Assembly (NCBI GenBank): GCA_002633005.1
Contig: NMRA01000480.1
Coordinates: forward strand, 192,172 to 256,171
Length of the DNA stretch: 64,000 nucleotides
Origin: Phoronis australis
Taxonomy: Eukaryota > Animalia > Phoronida
Direction: 5' to 3'
Numbering within the stretch: position 1 is the first letter of the stretch; each line of letters starts with the position of its first letter. Shown piece by piece: positions 38,986 to 51,879 of this stretch. The translations under genes were made by a program, and so were the position numbers. Below the pieces are notes generated by a model. That model worked only from the letters and a program-made list of their open reading frames with translations. It was not told the DNA's origin and searched no databases.

Positions 38986-39975
38986 TTCATTGAAAACACG
39001 ACTTTGATCTGTTTTTACTAGTTTAATCTCAGTTATTTCCAACTCTCTAAATAGAGATCTTGTCTTTACATCACAACAGTGCAACAAAAATCCAAACGAC
39101 ATCAGTAGGTAACATAATTTAGAAAGTTTTTTTTCGAGACACATATCTCATCTTAAGGCTACTATTTACAACTAGTTCACAGTGACACGCACACCAGAAA
39201 TGACAAATGCAATATAACATGTGAAGTTGGCATGCGCAACTATGACGATAAAAACATATAAAAATATACATATGTTGTTGTGCAACTTAATATATAGATC
39301 ACCGAAATAACGAAATAGTCCTTCGAGTTCCAGTTAGCTGCTCGTTCAAACTGGGTTTTTCAAGCATTATTAGAAGCGACTCTAATGTTCGTAACCTGTG
39401 TACATCATTTTCAATGTATCTAATGACTGTATTGTCGACAATCTCCTGACGAGTTATTTTGCAACCATGAACATTTTGGAAATGGTCTTTTATGGAACTG
39501 TTTTGTAAATGCATCGCAAGTCGCCGTGGCAAGGAACACACTGTGTGCCCAATGTAATTTTGTTTCTGATGAGGTCGAAACCATTCGACGGCGGGACAAG
39601 TAAACTCATAAACAACATTACATCTAGCAACAGTGCGAACCTTCTCACGACTAATATTGTTTCTCATCACTAAACTAGATATTATTCTTAACAATGTCTC
39701 TAATCATCCAAATTTGAAACCTCCTGAAATTCCTAAGGACATACTTAAAGAAATGCTATTAACGTGCACTACGAAGGTACCATTTCAACATGTAAATGAT
39801 AAACTATTTTTGCAGAAAGATGGTGTTAGTATGAGTTCCCCATTAGGACCAACGTTCGCTGAATTTTATATGACAGAAGCTGAAAAACGAGTTAAAACTA
39901 ACATTGACCACATTCCTATATAGGTTCGATATGTTGATGATATTTTCGTCTATTGTAATTTTGATGAAATGGTAT
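38986..39975 (-). mobile_element. Penelope-like element (Naiad-like) with inverted RT segment
   Basis: Minus strand 39299-~39680: NVVYEFTC..YIGHT..L.RRL.MH..SIKDH..H..LESLLI..KPSLNEQ. Plus strand ~39680-39965: RT QKDGVSMSSPLGPTFAEFYM..RYVDDIF. Confidence 0.82.
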
Positions 39976-39994
39976 CGCTTAAGACGGTGCTGCG

Positions 39995-41133
39995 GACCCC
40001 CCCCTTACGTTATTGGCCAGACCTTCGCAACTGACGTACTTAAACGTTCTCGCCAATTGATTCTGATCGTACGGGAGTGTGACACGTCATTTGCGTATGC
40101 CTGTTTCGTCGAAGATGAAAAAAGGGACACCTTGCGTGATGGTCTAGTCAGCTTACTTGTTGGTCTTCACCCTATGGATGGTCCTCGTGCTGTTGTACGT
40201 TTGGACACAGCCCCCATCTTCCTTTCTCTATCCAATGATGCTTCTCTGACAAGCCATGGCATCACAGTCGAGATCGGCCGTGTCAAGAACATAAATAAGA
40301 GCCCGGTGGCAGAAAAGGCGGTCGCTGAGCTTGAAGATGAGATCCTTCGCCAAGACCCTACAGGTGGTCCCTTGTCTACAGTTACTCTCGCTGTGTGTGT
40401 TGCCCGCTTAAACACCCGCATCAGATCTCAAGGCCTGTCGTCTCGAGAACTATGGACTCAGCGTTCTCAGTTTTCGGGGGAGCAGATACCACTGATCGAC
40501 AAAGAATATATCTTGCAACAACATTCGTCCCACCTTGATAACCATGCTTCCAGCGAAAAATCGAGGAGTCGCAATACCCCTGTCTCCTCAGGTACCAGAC
40601 CTCCGATCCTTCACCCAGGTGATCTCGTCTATCTACACTGTGATCGTGACAAGACCAAATTCTGTTGTCGTTATTTGGTTGTGTCTGTAGATGGGGAGTG
40701 GTATTTCATTAACAAATTCGTTGGTAAACAACTTCGTGCCAGCTCCTACAAGGTCAGAATGTCAGATTGCTACATTGTACCACGTCACATAAGCCCAAGA
40801 TCCCCTTGTTGTACAAACAAGGACGGCACGCTTCAAGATGATCTATCTACTACACTACCAGTTCCCCATTTGTCCTCGACTATTAATCACAGTCAGCCTC
40901 CTGTCAACACCGTACCGGTACGAACTTCTGATGAGGAGCCTGCCCCACCTAGCAACCCTCCTCTGGCTCCTATTGAGATTACAGCACCGCTAACCTTCGA
41001 AGAGAGCAACTCTGTTCCTGCTGACTGCAGTATCTCTACCGATGATAGCTGCCAATCATCAGATGTTTTCATTCAGACTCGACCAAGGCGTAATTGTCGA
41101 CGTCCTGCATATTTGGATGACTTTGTGACTTGA
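39995..41133 (+). mobile_element. Integrase-encoding 3' part of a separate Ty3/gypsy element (5'-truncated)
   Basis: FATDVLKR..ILIVRE..VVRLDTAP..IGRVKNINKSPVAEKAVAELE (DDE core); C-terminal RPRRNCRRPAYLDDFV. Confidence 0.75.
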
Positions 41134-41303
41134 TTACATGCATACTTTCTATGACTCATGGACAAAGCAGACTTTAATTGTTCTTACATAAGTGCTTACT
41201 TAAAAGCTTTCATCGTTACTTAAGCCCACCCTGACTCGGACAACACGTTCTGCACACACATTTAGTGTTCTACATAAGTTTATAGTTTTAACACGTTAGG
41301 TGA

Positions 41304-41466
41304 TGTGATGTACTGTCTTGCAGTGACATCTATTGAGTAGTTTTAGTATTGGAGTTGACAGCCTCACTCTGGCGAGTCTTCAGTGAGCAGCCATTTTGGC
41401 GTGGTATTGTTTTAGTCTGCTCTCAGAAATAAATCAGATTTTATCCGAACCATCGGCTATACTACA
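41304..41466 (+). repeat. 5' LTR of gypsy element 2
   Basis: Identical to 45572-45734; contains AATAAA. Confidence 0.95.
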
Positions 41467-41467
41467 G

Positions 41468-41480
41468 TGGCGACGAGGAT
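41468..41480 (+). promoter_or_regulatory. Primer-binding site TGGCGACGAGGAT (tRNA-Ser-like)
   Basis: 1 nt after the 5' LTR; complementary to the tRNA-Ser(GCU) 3' end ATCCTCGTCGCCA. Confidence 0.8.
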
Positions 41481-41484
41481 AAAA

Positions 41485-44400
41485 ATGAAACCACCGAGGT
41501 TTGAAGAAGACAAGGAAGACTTCGATAGTTTTGTGGAACGGTTGGAGAGCTACTTTGTGCTTGAAAAGACTGCAAATGAGCTGAAAGTTCATTCATTGAT
41601 CACAGGGTTTTCGCCGGGACAGTATCAGGTTCTGAAGAATCTGAGCGCCCCTGATAAGCCGTCGGAGAAAAGCTTTGATGAGCTGATTGCACTGTTGAGT
41701 TCTCATTACGGAGGAACTACGAATGCACGCACGGAGAGAGCCAAATTTCGGGCGATTGTGAGGGAGTCTAATGAGTCAGTGTTAGACTACAGTGTCCGAT
41801 TGAAACAGGCTGCTCGGAAGTGTGAGTTCGGGCAGAGACTCGATGAAATGTTGGTGGACCAACTCATCCAGGGTGTGAAATCGCAGTCAGCGGTTACAAA
41901 ATTGTTGGAAAGCACAAATGGGTTAAAGTTGACTTTCAACAAGGCAGTGGAAATTGCACAACAGGTGATGCTGACCGAGAAAAATTTAGTTGTGTACGGA
42001 GACGGACAGGAGCTCGTGGGACGATCCATGGAGTAGATAAGCGAACTGACAAACACAAGCAACATGGTTGGGGGAAACAGGATAGGAAACAACGGGGGAC
42101 CCAGTGCGTCCCAGGAGAAACGATGTTTCCGGTGTAACGTGGTTGGACACTTTGCGAACAAGTGCCCAAAAAAGAGTGCGGTTTGCTGGAAATGTAATCA
42201 AGTGGGGCACTTGGCTGTGTGCTGCAAGGTCAGGGGAGGCAAGCCCATGAATTCAGTATCACGTGGTGCGGAAGCGGATACCGGTGAGTACGGTTTGTTT
42301 CATATTGACTCGGGGACAGTTGACATTGATTTAGGTATCGCGAGCGATAAGAAGTTCATGATGTCAGTGTTAGTCAATGGGCAGAAATTGAACATGGAAC
42401 TGGACACTTGTGCGATCGCGTCTTGTATAGGGGAGAGTACCTACTCTTCGGTTCGGAAACCCGATGACACCCTGCAGGCAGCAGATGTTAAATTCATTGC
42501 CTATGGTAACAACAGTCTTGACATTGTAGGGGTGATGACAGCAGATGTCAATGTCAAAGATGTTACGGAGAAATTGCCATTAGTAGTGGTAAAGGGAGAC
42601 TGTACTCCATTGATAGGTCGTAATTGGTTACGTAAACTGAACATTAACTGGGAGCAGGAGTTTTCGGTTAATGCGGTATCTGTTGATAGTTTGGGTGGTC
42701 TGTGTGAGCAGTATGCTGATGTGTTTTCACGAGAGTTAGGGTGTTTAAAGGGCTATGAAGTCAGGATAGACCTTAAGCCCGAGGCAGTACCGGTGTACAA
42801 AAAGGCGCGTACCCTACCGTTTTATAAGCGTCCTTTAGTGGAGGAAGAGCTGAACCGTCTTGAGGAAGCTGGTGTGATTAAGTCGGTCGAGCATTCTGAC
42901 TGGGCCAGCCCGGTTGTGGCTGTCGTGAAGTCAGATGGTAAGTCGATCAGACTCTGTGCAGACTTTAAACAGACGCTGAATCCTGCGAGTGCCATGACAC
43001 AATATCCCTTACCCGTGCCTGAGGATATTTTGCAAAGTTGTCACAAGGGCAAGCTTTCTCGACACTCGATTTGAGTAGTGCGTATCACCAACTTAAGCTT
43101 TCGGGGAGGCTCAGAGATTGCTGGTGATAAACACCCATAGGGGGTTATATGCCTACCAACGGTTACCATTTGGGTTGCACTCAGCTGTCGGGATTTTCCA
43201 GCGTGCCATGGAAAATGTGCTGAGAGGGATACCCGGTTGCGCCGTTTATCTTGATGATATCATTGTTACGGGTTCATCGATTGCCGAGTATCGCGAGAAC
43301 TTTAAGGCAGTTTTGGAACGCCTCAGTAGTTGAGGATTGCGCTTAAACAGAGCGAAGTGCAAGTTTTTGCAGTCCGAGGTGCGGTACTTGGGCCACCGGA
43401 TTACGGCCCAAAGGATACACCCTCTTGAGGACAAAGTAGAAAGCGTTCGTCGGTTTCCGGTTCCAAAGGATAAGTCTGAGGTTGCTACTTTTTGTGGTAT
43501 GGTGAAGTACTATCACCGGTTTTTGCCGCGTGCTGCGGACGTGTTGGCCCCACTCTACGCGCTGGAAAAGAAGAACATCCCTTGGAGATGGACACAGAAG
43601 GAGGAGGACTCTTTCAACGCCGCGAAAGAACTTTTGACGTCGAACACTTTGTTATGTCACTACGACCCAAGTAAACCGTTATCGATTACGATCGATGCTT
43701 CTTCGTTCGGCTTGGGGGCAGTGTTAGAGCAGGCGGTCGAAAGCGGCGTACAGCCGGTAGTCTATGCGTCGCGTACTCTATCCGCCGCGGAAAGGAATTA
43801 CTCCCAGACGGAGAAGGAGGGTTTGGCGGTCGTGTGGGCCGTAGAAAAGTTTTCCAAGTACTTGATAGGCCGTAGTTTCGAGATCTTTTCAGATCACAAG
43901 CCATTACTTGGACTATTCGGTGAACAGCGTGGAATTCCAGCTATGGCTTCTGGACGTATCATTCGGTGGTCGCTAGTTTTGGCGGCATATGACTACAAAC
44001 TCGTGTATAAGCCTGGGTCGAAAGTTGCTAATGCTGACTGTCTGTCTCGATTCCCATTACCTGCTTCAGTGAATTCGGTTGCCGTCGGAGAGGAAGTGCG
44101 TTTGTTGGATCATTTAACGTATACGCAAGTCTCAGCAGTTGATCTGAGGAAGTCGACAGTTCGAAATCCACTTCTCTCGCGCGTTCGTAGACACGTACTG
44201 ACCGGCTGAAGTGATTCAGACGTGGATGAAGACATCAAGCCGTTCTTTTCTCGGAAGGACCAGTTATCAGTGCTCAACGGCTGCGTGTTGTCCCACCTCA
44301 AGGTCGCGATGCTGTTATGAATGAACTACATGACACACATCCCGGCATAGTGCGAATGAAGATGTTAGCTCGTGGATACGTGTGGTGGCCTAACATGGAC

Positions 44401-45416
44401 AGTGAACTTGAAAGGAAAGTTCATGCGTGTAAAACTTGCCAGTCGGTGCGGAATATTCCGAACAAACGTCAACCACTACACCCGTGGGAGTACCCCAGTA
44501 AGCCATGGTCCAGACTGCATATAGACTACGCAGGGCCCATGGAAGGTAGAATGTTCTTGGTCGTCGTTGATGCGTTTTCGAAATGGATGGACGTTTTTCC
44601 TACGTCAAGCTCGTCCTCCGCGGTAACAATTTCGAAGTTGAGAGCATTGTTCAGTATGCACGGTTTGCCAGACTTGATTGTCTCGCACAACGGTACCTGC
44701 TTTACGAGTGAGGAGTTTAGAAAGTTTCTCATATGTCTAATGGAGTACGACACGTCACGGGTGCTCCGTACCATCCCGCCACAAATGGATTGGCGGAACG
44801 TGCTGTTCGCGTTTCTAAGGAAGCGATGAAGAAATGTGCCGGGTCCCTTGAGGACAAGTTGTTGAGTTTTTTGTTTGACTACCGTATCACACCACACTCA
44901 TCGACCGGAGTTGCTCCTTTTGAGCTATTGATGAACTGCAGGCTGGTGTCACGTTTTGATAGGTTGTTGCCTGATGTCAACAAGAAGGTCGAAGACATCC
45001 AGCGTAGGCAGATGAGGCAGTACAGTGGAGCAAATAAGCTGCAGGAATACCAACTGGGAGATAGTTTTTACTTTAGAAATTACTCTCAGTATGGGCCGCC
45101 CAATCTGTTAGGCACCGTGGAAGATATTACTGGCCCGGTGTCATGTAGGATTCGCTGTCAGGATGGCCGAGTGTTCAGACGCCATCACGACCAGATGTTT
45201 AAAGGTGTGCCCTCGGAGCATGAGGTGTCAGCGCGCGTGGATGTTGGTGTTGAACCGCAGCAGACCCCAAGCCCAGTGGCGTCTTCCGAAATAGGCCCGG
45301 TTGCAGAGGTGACCCGGTCAGGGGCTGTGGTTGCTGAAACAAACGGCGCTGTGGAGAGTGCTAGCCCTGAGGCCCCCCCCTCTACGGCGTTCCGTGCGAG
45401 TACGGAAGCCTGTTGA
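41485..45416 (+). pseudogene. gag-pol: gag-pol of gypsy element 2, multiply disrupted
   Basis: gag FVERLESYF, two CCHC knuckles; PR MELDTCA; RT IRLCADFK, RLPFG, YLDDII; RH DAS..RNYSQTEKEGLA..SDHKPL..ADCLSR; INT HDTHPG..C..C, HIDYAGP, NGLAER; several stops and frameshifts. Confidence 0.93.
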
Positions 45417-45571
45417 TAAACTGAACTTGTAGACACTAAGGAGTTGGAGTAGTTAACCAGTTCGTTGACATTTTAATGAGATACTAGTCAGACTTTTGTT
45501 GAAGAGGCATTGATTACTACACTTAAAATGGACGTTACTAACGTGGCATACTTTAACGGGATGGGGAGGGG

Positions 45572-45734
45572 TGTGATGTACTGTCTTGCAGTGACATCTA
45601 TTGAGTAGTTTTAGTATTGGAGTTGACAGCCTCACTCTGGCGAGTCTTCAGTGAGCAGCCATTTTGGCGTGGTATTGTTTTAGTCTGCTCTCAGAAATAA
45701 ATCAGATTTTATCCGAACCATCGGCTATACTACA
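45572..45734 (+). repeat. 3' LTR of gypsy element 2
   Basis: Identical to 41304-41466. Confidence 0.95.
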
Positions 45735-45904
45735 GGTGAATTTGACTTTCAAAGACTTTACATTTCAGTTCTCAAGAGAGGAGGAGAGGTAGCGCCACCG
45801 ATTTCCTCGGTTAGTTTATGTCATTGCCGTAAGGGGACGGTCTTCCTCTTCCGGCCTTACTGTATCGCCTGCTTCAGGTAAAAATATATATGCTTACACA
45901 TTAC

Positions 45905-47045
45905 TGGGCTTCTATTCTCTTACTGGCGCAGGGAGGCTTGGCACGTGATAAAATGCGGGTGATGTCGCCTCGGAGTTGGTTAGCCTTGTCTGCTGGTAGC
46001 CGTCTAGCAGCATTCTCAGTGTTAGTGATGATTTCTATTGCCGGAATTTTGCTTGGGGTTACCGCGAAGTTCAGTCCTTTTTGTGAGACAGAAAATTGAT
46101 GCTCACTGAGTTGGTGATTAGACAGATTGACGACCCAGTTGTCTCTGATGCCATCTTGTCGTTCATCGTGTCTGGTGGGGTCCCGTTTGGATCTAAGATT
46201 CTCGAATTTCCGACGCTGTTGTTCTCTTGTCAACAGGATGGTGTTCTCGTAAGCATTATTTATAAATGACGTCACTCCCGTCCATTGGGTGTGGCTTATG
46301 GCGGACTGAAGAGACTCCGTGAGTTTTAGGCGTTCGTTATCAAGTTGTTCAACAGTGGGCTTGCATTGTTTAATGCGGACACAGAGCTGCCAAATAACTG
46401 GCTAGTGTACTGAAACCTCTCCATGGTAAGACCGAACACAGTGTTCTCAACAGCCAAGATTTTGTTGACAGGTTAGCAGGCATTGAGATTTCCCCAGGGA
46501 ACAAAATTGTATCTTATGATGTCAGTGCCCTATTCACCAGCGTTCCTGTTGACAAAGCCCTGTCTATCATTGAGTCACGCTTGCAACAGGACACTTTACT
46601 CAGCCAACGCACTGAATTGTCAGTCGAGTTGTTGGAATATTGCCTTACAACCACATACTTCCAGTGCAATAGACATTTCTACCAACAGTGCCATGTTGCT
46701 GCCATGTGCTCACCGATATCCCCTGTTGTAGCTAACATTTTTATGGAGGATTTTGAGGAATCTCCGGCCACATTGTATGTATCAAACATGCCAAGATACT
46801 GGCTTAAGAGGAAAACTGGTTTTCTAGAAAGATCAAAGAGTCTATTTACATAAAGACCAATAGGCCCATCATGAACCTTGACCAAGATTTGCAACTTCCG
46901 CCGATCTATGACACTATACTTCTTCCGGATAACAGAAGGACTGGAAACTAAGACGCCCCCTACCAGTCGTTGAGAAAGAACTGTAGAGCACAGTTCGAAA
47001 CGCTCAAACTTCTACATCCCCGGTCTCTGAGTTGATTTTACTTAT
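45905..47045. mobile_element. Rearranged Penelope-like element (N-terminal part on -, RT and 3' end on +)
   Basis: Minus: WVVNLSNHQL..KGLNFAVTPSKIP. Plus from ~46390: IVSYDVSALFTSVP..YFQ..YQQ..AM.SPISPVVANIFME, then RKIKESIYI..MN.D..LPPIY. Confidence 0.85.
46969..47007 (+). ncRNA. Hammerhead-ribozyme-like motif at the PLE 3' end (non-canonical core)
   Basis: TTGAGAAA-GAACTGT-agagc-ACAGTTC-GAAAcgctc; perfect 7-bp stem followed by GAAA. Confidence 0.45.
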
Positions 47046-47927
47046 AAACAAATGCAGATGTTGTTTTTCAGAACGAGTGAAAACACATTTTATTGTCATT
47101 ATTACGACACATTTACTTAAGTACAACTAACAAACAGCATAATCAATGGATAAGAGCATGTGCTGGTCAATAATTATTTTTTTAATTTATCTGATATGAT
47201 CCCAGTCAACAATACTGAGGTGAAAACAATGCATGGTTGCATCGCTTAAACTATGGTTGCAGAACCTAAAAAGTCACTAAACTCCATGGCCGAACCAAAA
47301 ACCCATGACTCAATGACTAAAAAACTGAACTCGTTGGCTGCAGGCATAACACTGCGAGCCCCCGGATTTCCTGACTGATGCCGTAAGGACGTCCGTGTTT
47401 CTCGCCATTGTCTTGTGTCACACTTACAAATATGGCGTCATGTTGATAACGCGAGCTCCATGTATCTGAGTCCCGCGCGCCCGGTCTATGTGATGTCTAT
47501 GGGCCAGTCCTTACCAGCCGGCAAAGTCAAACGGCACCCCTTACGTGTCATACACCCGTCGGTAACGCCATTATACATGTATTTCTGTTCTCACCGTGGT
47601 CACGGGATCATCAGCATGTGCTATCGAGATTTTGAGAGTGTCCACACAATTGAGATTTCCTTTAAAGCAGTGACGCGCATGCGTTACATCCACATCCAAA
47701 AAAACAGTCTTCAGACTGGAGATTATTGAGTATGGTTGAGCGGGTGCACAAAATGGAACAAGCCAACACACCGACGTCAGGCTATGGATTAGATTTCATT
47801 ATACATTATGTGCTTGTGTTAGCGTTTTGTGGCCTTGCATCTCCTTTCTGCTCCAACCACTGCTTAATGTCTTTGACCAGAGATACTAACTTGCAGATTT
47901 ACGGATGCACGTCAAGCACGAGCATGT

Positions 47928-48077
47928 TTATGCAGTGCCTGGGAGTGCTTCCCTCGCGTCGTACAACGTTGGTGCAGACAACAGTATTCCCACGGATCCC
48001 AAGGCACAAGCTGTTGTGAATATCCACAAAAACAAGCGGTCTATCACCATGGCAACAAATTTCCAATCTTCTTTAGC
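47928..48077 (-). CDS. Nicotinic acetylcholine receptor alpha subunit, last coding exon (MA/M4 and C-terminus)
   Basis: Acceptor ctttactcAG, then [52 protein letters not shown]; phase 0 fits the donor at 61104. Not listed in the ORF track. Confidence 0.93.
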   Translation of the reverse strand, partial: AKEDWKFVAMVIDRLFLWIFTTACALGSVGILLSAPTLYDAREALPGTA

Positions 48078-50429
48078 CTGAGTAAAGAATGGGAGGTGCT
48101 TGAACATGGTTTAATACACGTTTCATCAAATGTTAGTTAATTTGTAAATTTAAATAAGATTTTTGAACAGTTATGATCTTGAATGTTTTGAGATATCCAT
48201 TTGTAGTGAAAAAGGAAGGCATACCAGGGATAAGTTTAGGAGCGCGTCCCACGTCATTAGCGCAGAAATAACTTCTTTGAACCACTATGATTCCTGAACT
48301 CGGGCCAACAGGCCTATTAAAGAGGCATGGAAAGCGAAACCTCGTAAAATATCTTTTTAACAGATCGTGGCAAATCTACGATAACGTGATAGTTGTTCAC
48401 TTTAAATATTGCAAGAATTTCTAGAAAAATCGTCAGACTTACTATTTTTGAAATACAGACGAAATATAAACTCGTTCGTCCCGATACACTTTTCAAATTT
48501 TCTGCCCCTAAAAATGTATATTTGCGCATGCGCTCAAAGAAGTCGGACTGGCTGCTACTTGAAACCGCCATATTTTTGTTTACATCAGGTCACATTTTCC
48601 ATGTAAGATGCCTTGCCAAACAAAATAAGGATACGTATTATGCCTTGTAGAAGGAAAATCAATGAAGTGACGAACAGTTGACAGATCGCTTTTTTGGAAA
48701 ATTGAAACTAAAGGAAAAATGCATTGACATCAACAGAAATTCAAAATATTTACGAAAAAAGAAAACATAAAAATACCTGATGAACAGTTTGACTTCTGTT
48801 TCAGTGGCAGAAGACAACTTTGAATAATGCAATTTAGTCTGTTTTTCACGGTCTATGCCATTTTAAAATCGGAAGGGAAATGGATAAAACATTAACAGGC
48901 CCACTAGTTCTCTGAACCTGACCATAAACTTGAGACCGTGTGGGTCAATTCACCCATACTCACGTTTTTCTGAGACAATAACTGGAATTATAGAGAAGCT
49001 GGAAATGGTGAACTCAGTTTAAGACGTTACGCTCGCATTTTGCGGACCTCAGCGAGTCAACTTATATTTCGGCCGCGACGAGGAGCTTTGATCAGATGAC
49101 TTTAAGGTTATCTCAAAACTTATTTAGTGTCCTCCATTCTAACTCATATATCAAAAAACTAAGCTGTGTCAACTAATAGAAGTACATGTTTTCTGAAAGA
49201 AAAAGGATCAGGAAATATAAAATGTGTTTTGTGTTTATGTACCATTATTATTATTACGTTAACACCTTTTAAAGTCGAAATTTCATTTTTAAGAAAGGCA
49301 AATTCATAGCAAAATAACTCCTCTGTCGATTTTGATGAAAATTTTTTAAACGAACACTTCACCAGTTACCTCAAAAATGCTGTTTGAAATTTTTGATTAG
49401 TCCTTTCGTTTGGTTTCTACGAAAAATGAAATCTCAAAACATAAGTCGTATTCGTCTTTGTTACATTACCACAAAACTAGGCCTGTGTAACAAAAATCCC
49501 ATTAGCATTTTCGAGATCGATGAGTTTATAATAAGTTTGGAAAGTTTCAGCAAATTCCACCGAGCCGTTTTCGAGAACTCGTGTTCCTAAGTTCAAGTAA
49601 AGTCGATTTGCAGAAGTCGAGAAAAAGCCGATTGAACAGGGACAAATGAAAGTCTCAAAGTCTTCGGCTAATTATTCGGTGAAAACTTGTTTTCGGTAAA
49701 AATAACCTTAACCAATGTTATTTCAACATTCAATCGCAATGTCAACTGAATTTGCAGTGCGTAATTAACTTAATTATCATTAAAACGTACCGTCCCCAGC
49801 CACGAGATTTGACCAAATGTGATTAACAATTCATCGTTGTATAGATCACGTGCCAGGAGATTGATACGAATTCAAGTAAGAAATAGATAACAAAAATGGA
49901 GTCGGTGGTTAAAGCATTTCGTTAGCATGAGATGGAAATAGTGAAACGTCAGTTTACTTATTGAATTAAGGAATTTGGGTGAGGATTTATCTCTTTTCAC
50001 AATTTGCTGTGTTCTTGACCACAAAGGTGTGAGGCGACTCGTAGCATTCGTTCTCAACGGTCGTATGCATGTAGACGCATTGCTCCCTCAGGATCAAAAT
50101 AACGTCTTTGTTTTCCCCGGCACCGTCCTATCATAAGTTCACCTCGTTGACTCTTTCATGGCGACTCGGCAAATGAAAGGGCGAAGCGTACACACGAAGC
50201 TACTGTGTACCTGGCGGGAGATTCGATTTGAGTGACCGCCCTGTAACCTTTAACCTCGGATAAGTAAACAAATATCCACACGGTTGTGCAGTTCCAAGGT
50301 GGCTCTGTTCACTCTTTTTTTCTCACTACATTGTAAACATTTTGTATTTGAAGTTCCCCGGGAATGAAGATGAGGTATTTTGCTAGACACATGGAATATA
50401 GTAAAAATGCCCAATTTTTATGAATAAGG

Positions 50430-51260
50430 TTTGAGATATCCTTAATTAAGCTTGTGGCTTAGAAACATTTTGCCAGGGAAACTCTAGAGTTTTGGCTTAG
50501 AGGTATCCTAGTAGGCAAACGTTAGACATGGGGCTTGGATATATCTTAGGTCATGGGCGGCGCACCATAGGGGGCTGAGAGGGGCCAACAATTATTTCAG
50601 TACTGTCCTGCCCATGTAGTAGGCAAAGGTTAGACTCAGGTTAACGTTAGAACTGTGGCTAAGATATATCTTAGTAGGTTGTAGACAGACTTGTGGCTTA
50701 AAGCCTAACTTCAAAAGAATTTTTCATTTTAGATGTATTGCGCTACCAAGGTAGTCCTAGCAAAGCTTTAGCAAAATAAGATAGCGAGAATTCAATTACG
50801 CAAATATAGGCCCGTCAAATGATAGATGAAGCTGCCTTTTCGTGCCATATTGCGTCACCGCGAGGTCCAAGGCAAAACAACAAAAGACCGATAACAGTTG
50901 TATCGAAAAGGGTTCTCAATAGGACACCATTGCGTGCGGGCGTTATTCGCAGCTGTTTGAATTAAAAGGTGATTCTCGCGGTGACGTAGGCAAAAGCAAG
51001 CCAATACGCCTAACAATTCGTTACAGTTGACAATTTATGACACTAGTAGGCCCCGAGCGATGTTCTTAACTTACTGCAGGAACCAAGTTTACTGGTGTTA
51101 TCGTTTAAGATAGGCTTTAAATAGGTTAACGTTAGACTAGTGGCTTAAATATGCTTCGTTAGACTAACGCCCAGATTTATAGCTTAGGTATGTTGTAATA
51201 GGCTTACGGTAGACTTGTGGCTTAGATGTGTCTCAGTTGGCTATCGTCAGACGTGACTTC
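50430..51260. repeat. Degenerate ~40-bp tandem repeat blocks
   Basis: gttagac.tgtggcttaga.atatcttagtaggc recurring at ~50450-50700 and ~51110-51250. Confidence 0.55.
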
Positions 51261-51349
51261 ACAGCAATTTTCATTGATAAATTTTTAGCCACAACTTCAT
51301 TATTAAAAATAACTGAGAACAACTATACTTAACAAAACAATAACAGCAC

Positions 51350-51352
51350 CAA

Positions 51353-51410
<58 letters not shown>

Positions 51411-51600
51411 ACGGCTACTACTACTGCTGCTACTACTACTACTACTGCTACTACTACTACTACCGCCGCCGCCGCTGCCGCTGCTGCTGTTACTAATACT
51501 ACTACTGCTGCTGCTGCTTCTGCTGCTGCTGCTACTACTAATGCTAATACTACTACTGCTACTACCTCTACTGCTACTACTACTAATAATAATGATAATA
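51350..51600. repeat. Compound trinucleotide microsatellite (CTG/CTA/CCG/AAT)n
   Basis: Directly visible. Confidence 0.95.
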
Positions 51601-51879
51601 ACATTAGTGTGGGCGATAGTATAACGCGTCAGCTTCGTTTAATCGATTTATTCTTGAAGTGACGGTTATCAACAAACGATAAATAAAGTTTATCAGATAA
51701 CAGAATCAAGCAATATTATCAAAACGTTAGGCCTACCCAATAGTCAATATAGCTGGCGCACGGGACTCGAACCGCATTAGACGAAACCACTACAAAGCAG
51801 CCTTTACAGTTCAACAATTTAACACTTGGCATACAATATCCAGCAGAACTACATGAATAGACTAAACGTAAAGCCTTAA

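Larger units (their letters stand above)
41304..45734 (+). mobile_element. Full-length defective Ty3/gypsy LTR retrotransposon (Mag-like)
   Basis: Identical 163-bp TG..CA LTRs (41304-41466, 45572-45734); TSD GGTGA (41299-41303, 45735-45739); PBS; PPT gggatggggagggg 45558-45571. Confidence 0.96.

Noticed and set aside
39904-39994. N-terminus of the 409-aa ORF as a real RT-integrase fusion
   Set aside because: Out-of-frame read of the adjacent PLE RT fragment joined by chance to the integrase remnant.
42034-42036. Programmed gag stop read-through
   Set aside because: The TAG lies before the zinc knuckles, inside gag, in an element with many other lesions; simple decay is more likely.
43331-44209. 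In-frame TGA codons as selenocysteine or alternative genetic code
   Set aside because: They sit at non-Cys positions alongside frameshifts in a dead pol.
51329-51604. Poly-Ala/Val membrane-protein ORF
   Set aside because: Translation of a trinucleotide microsatellite.
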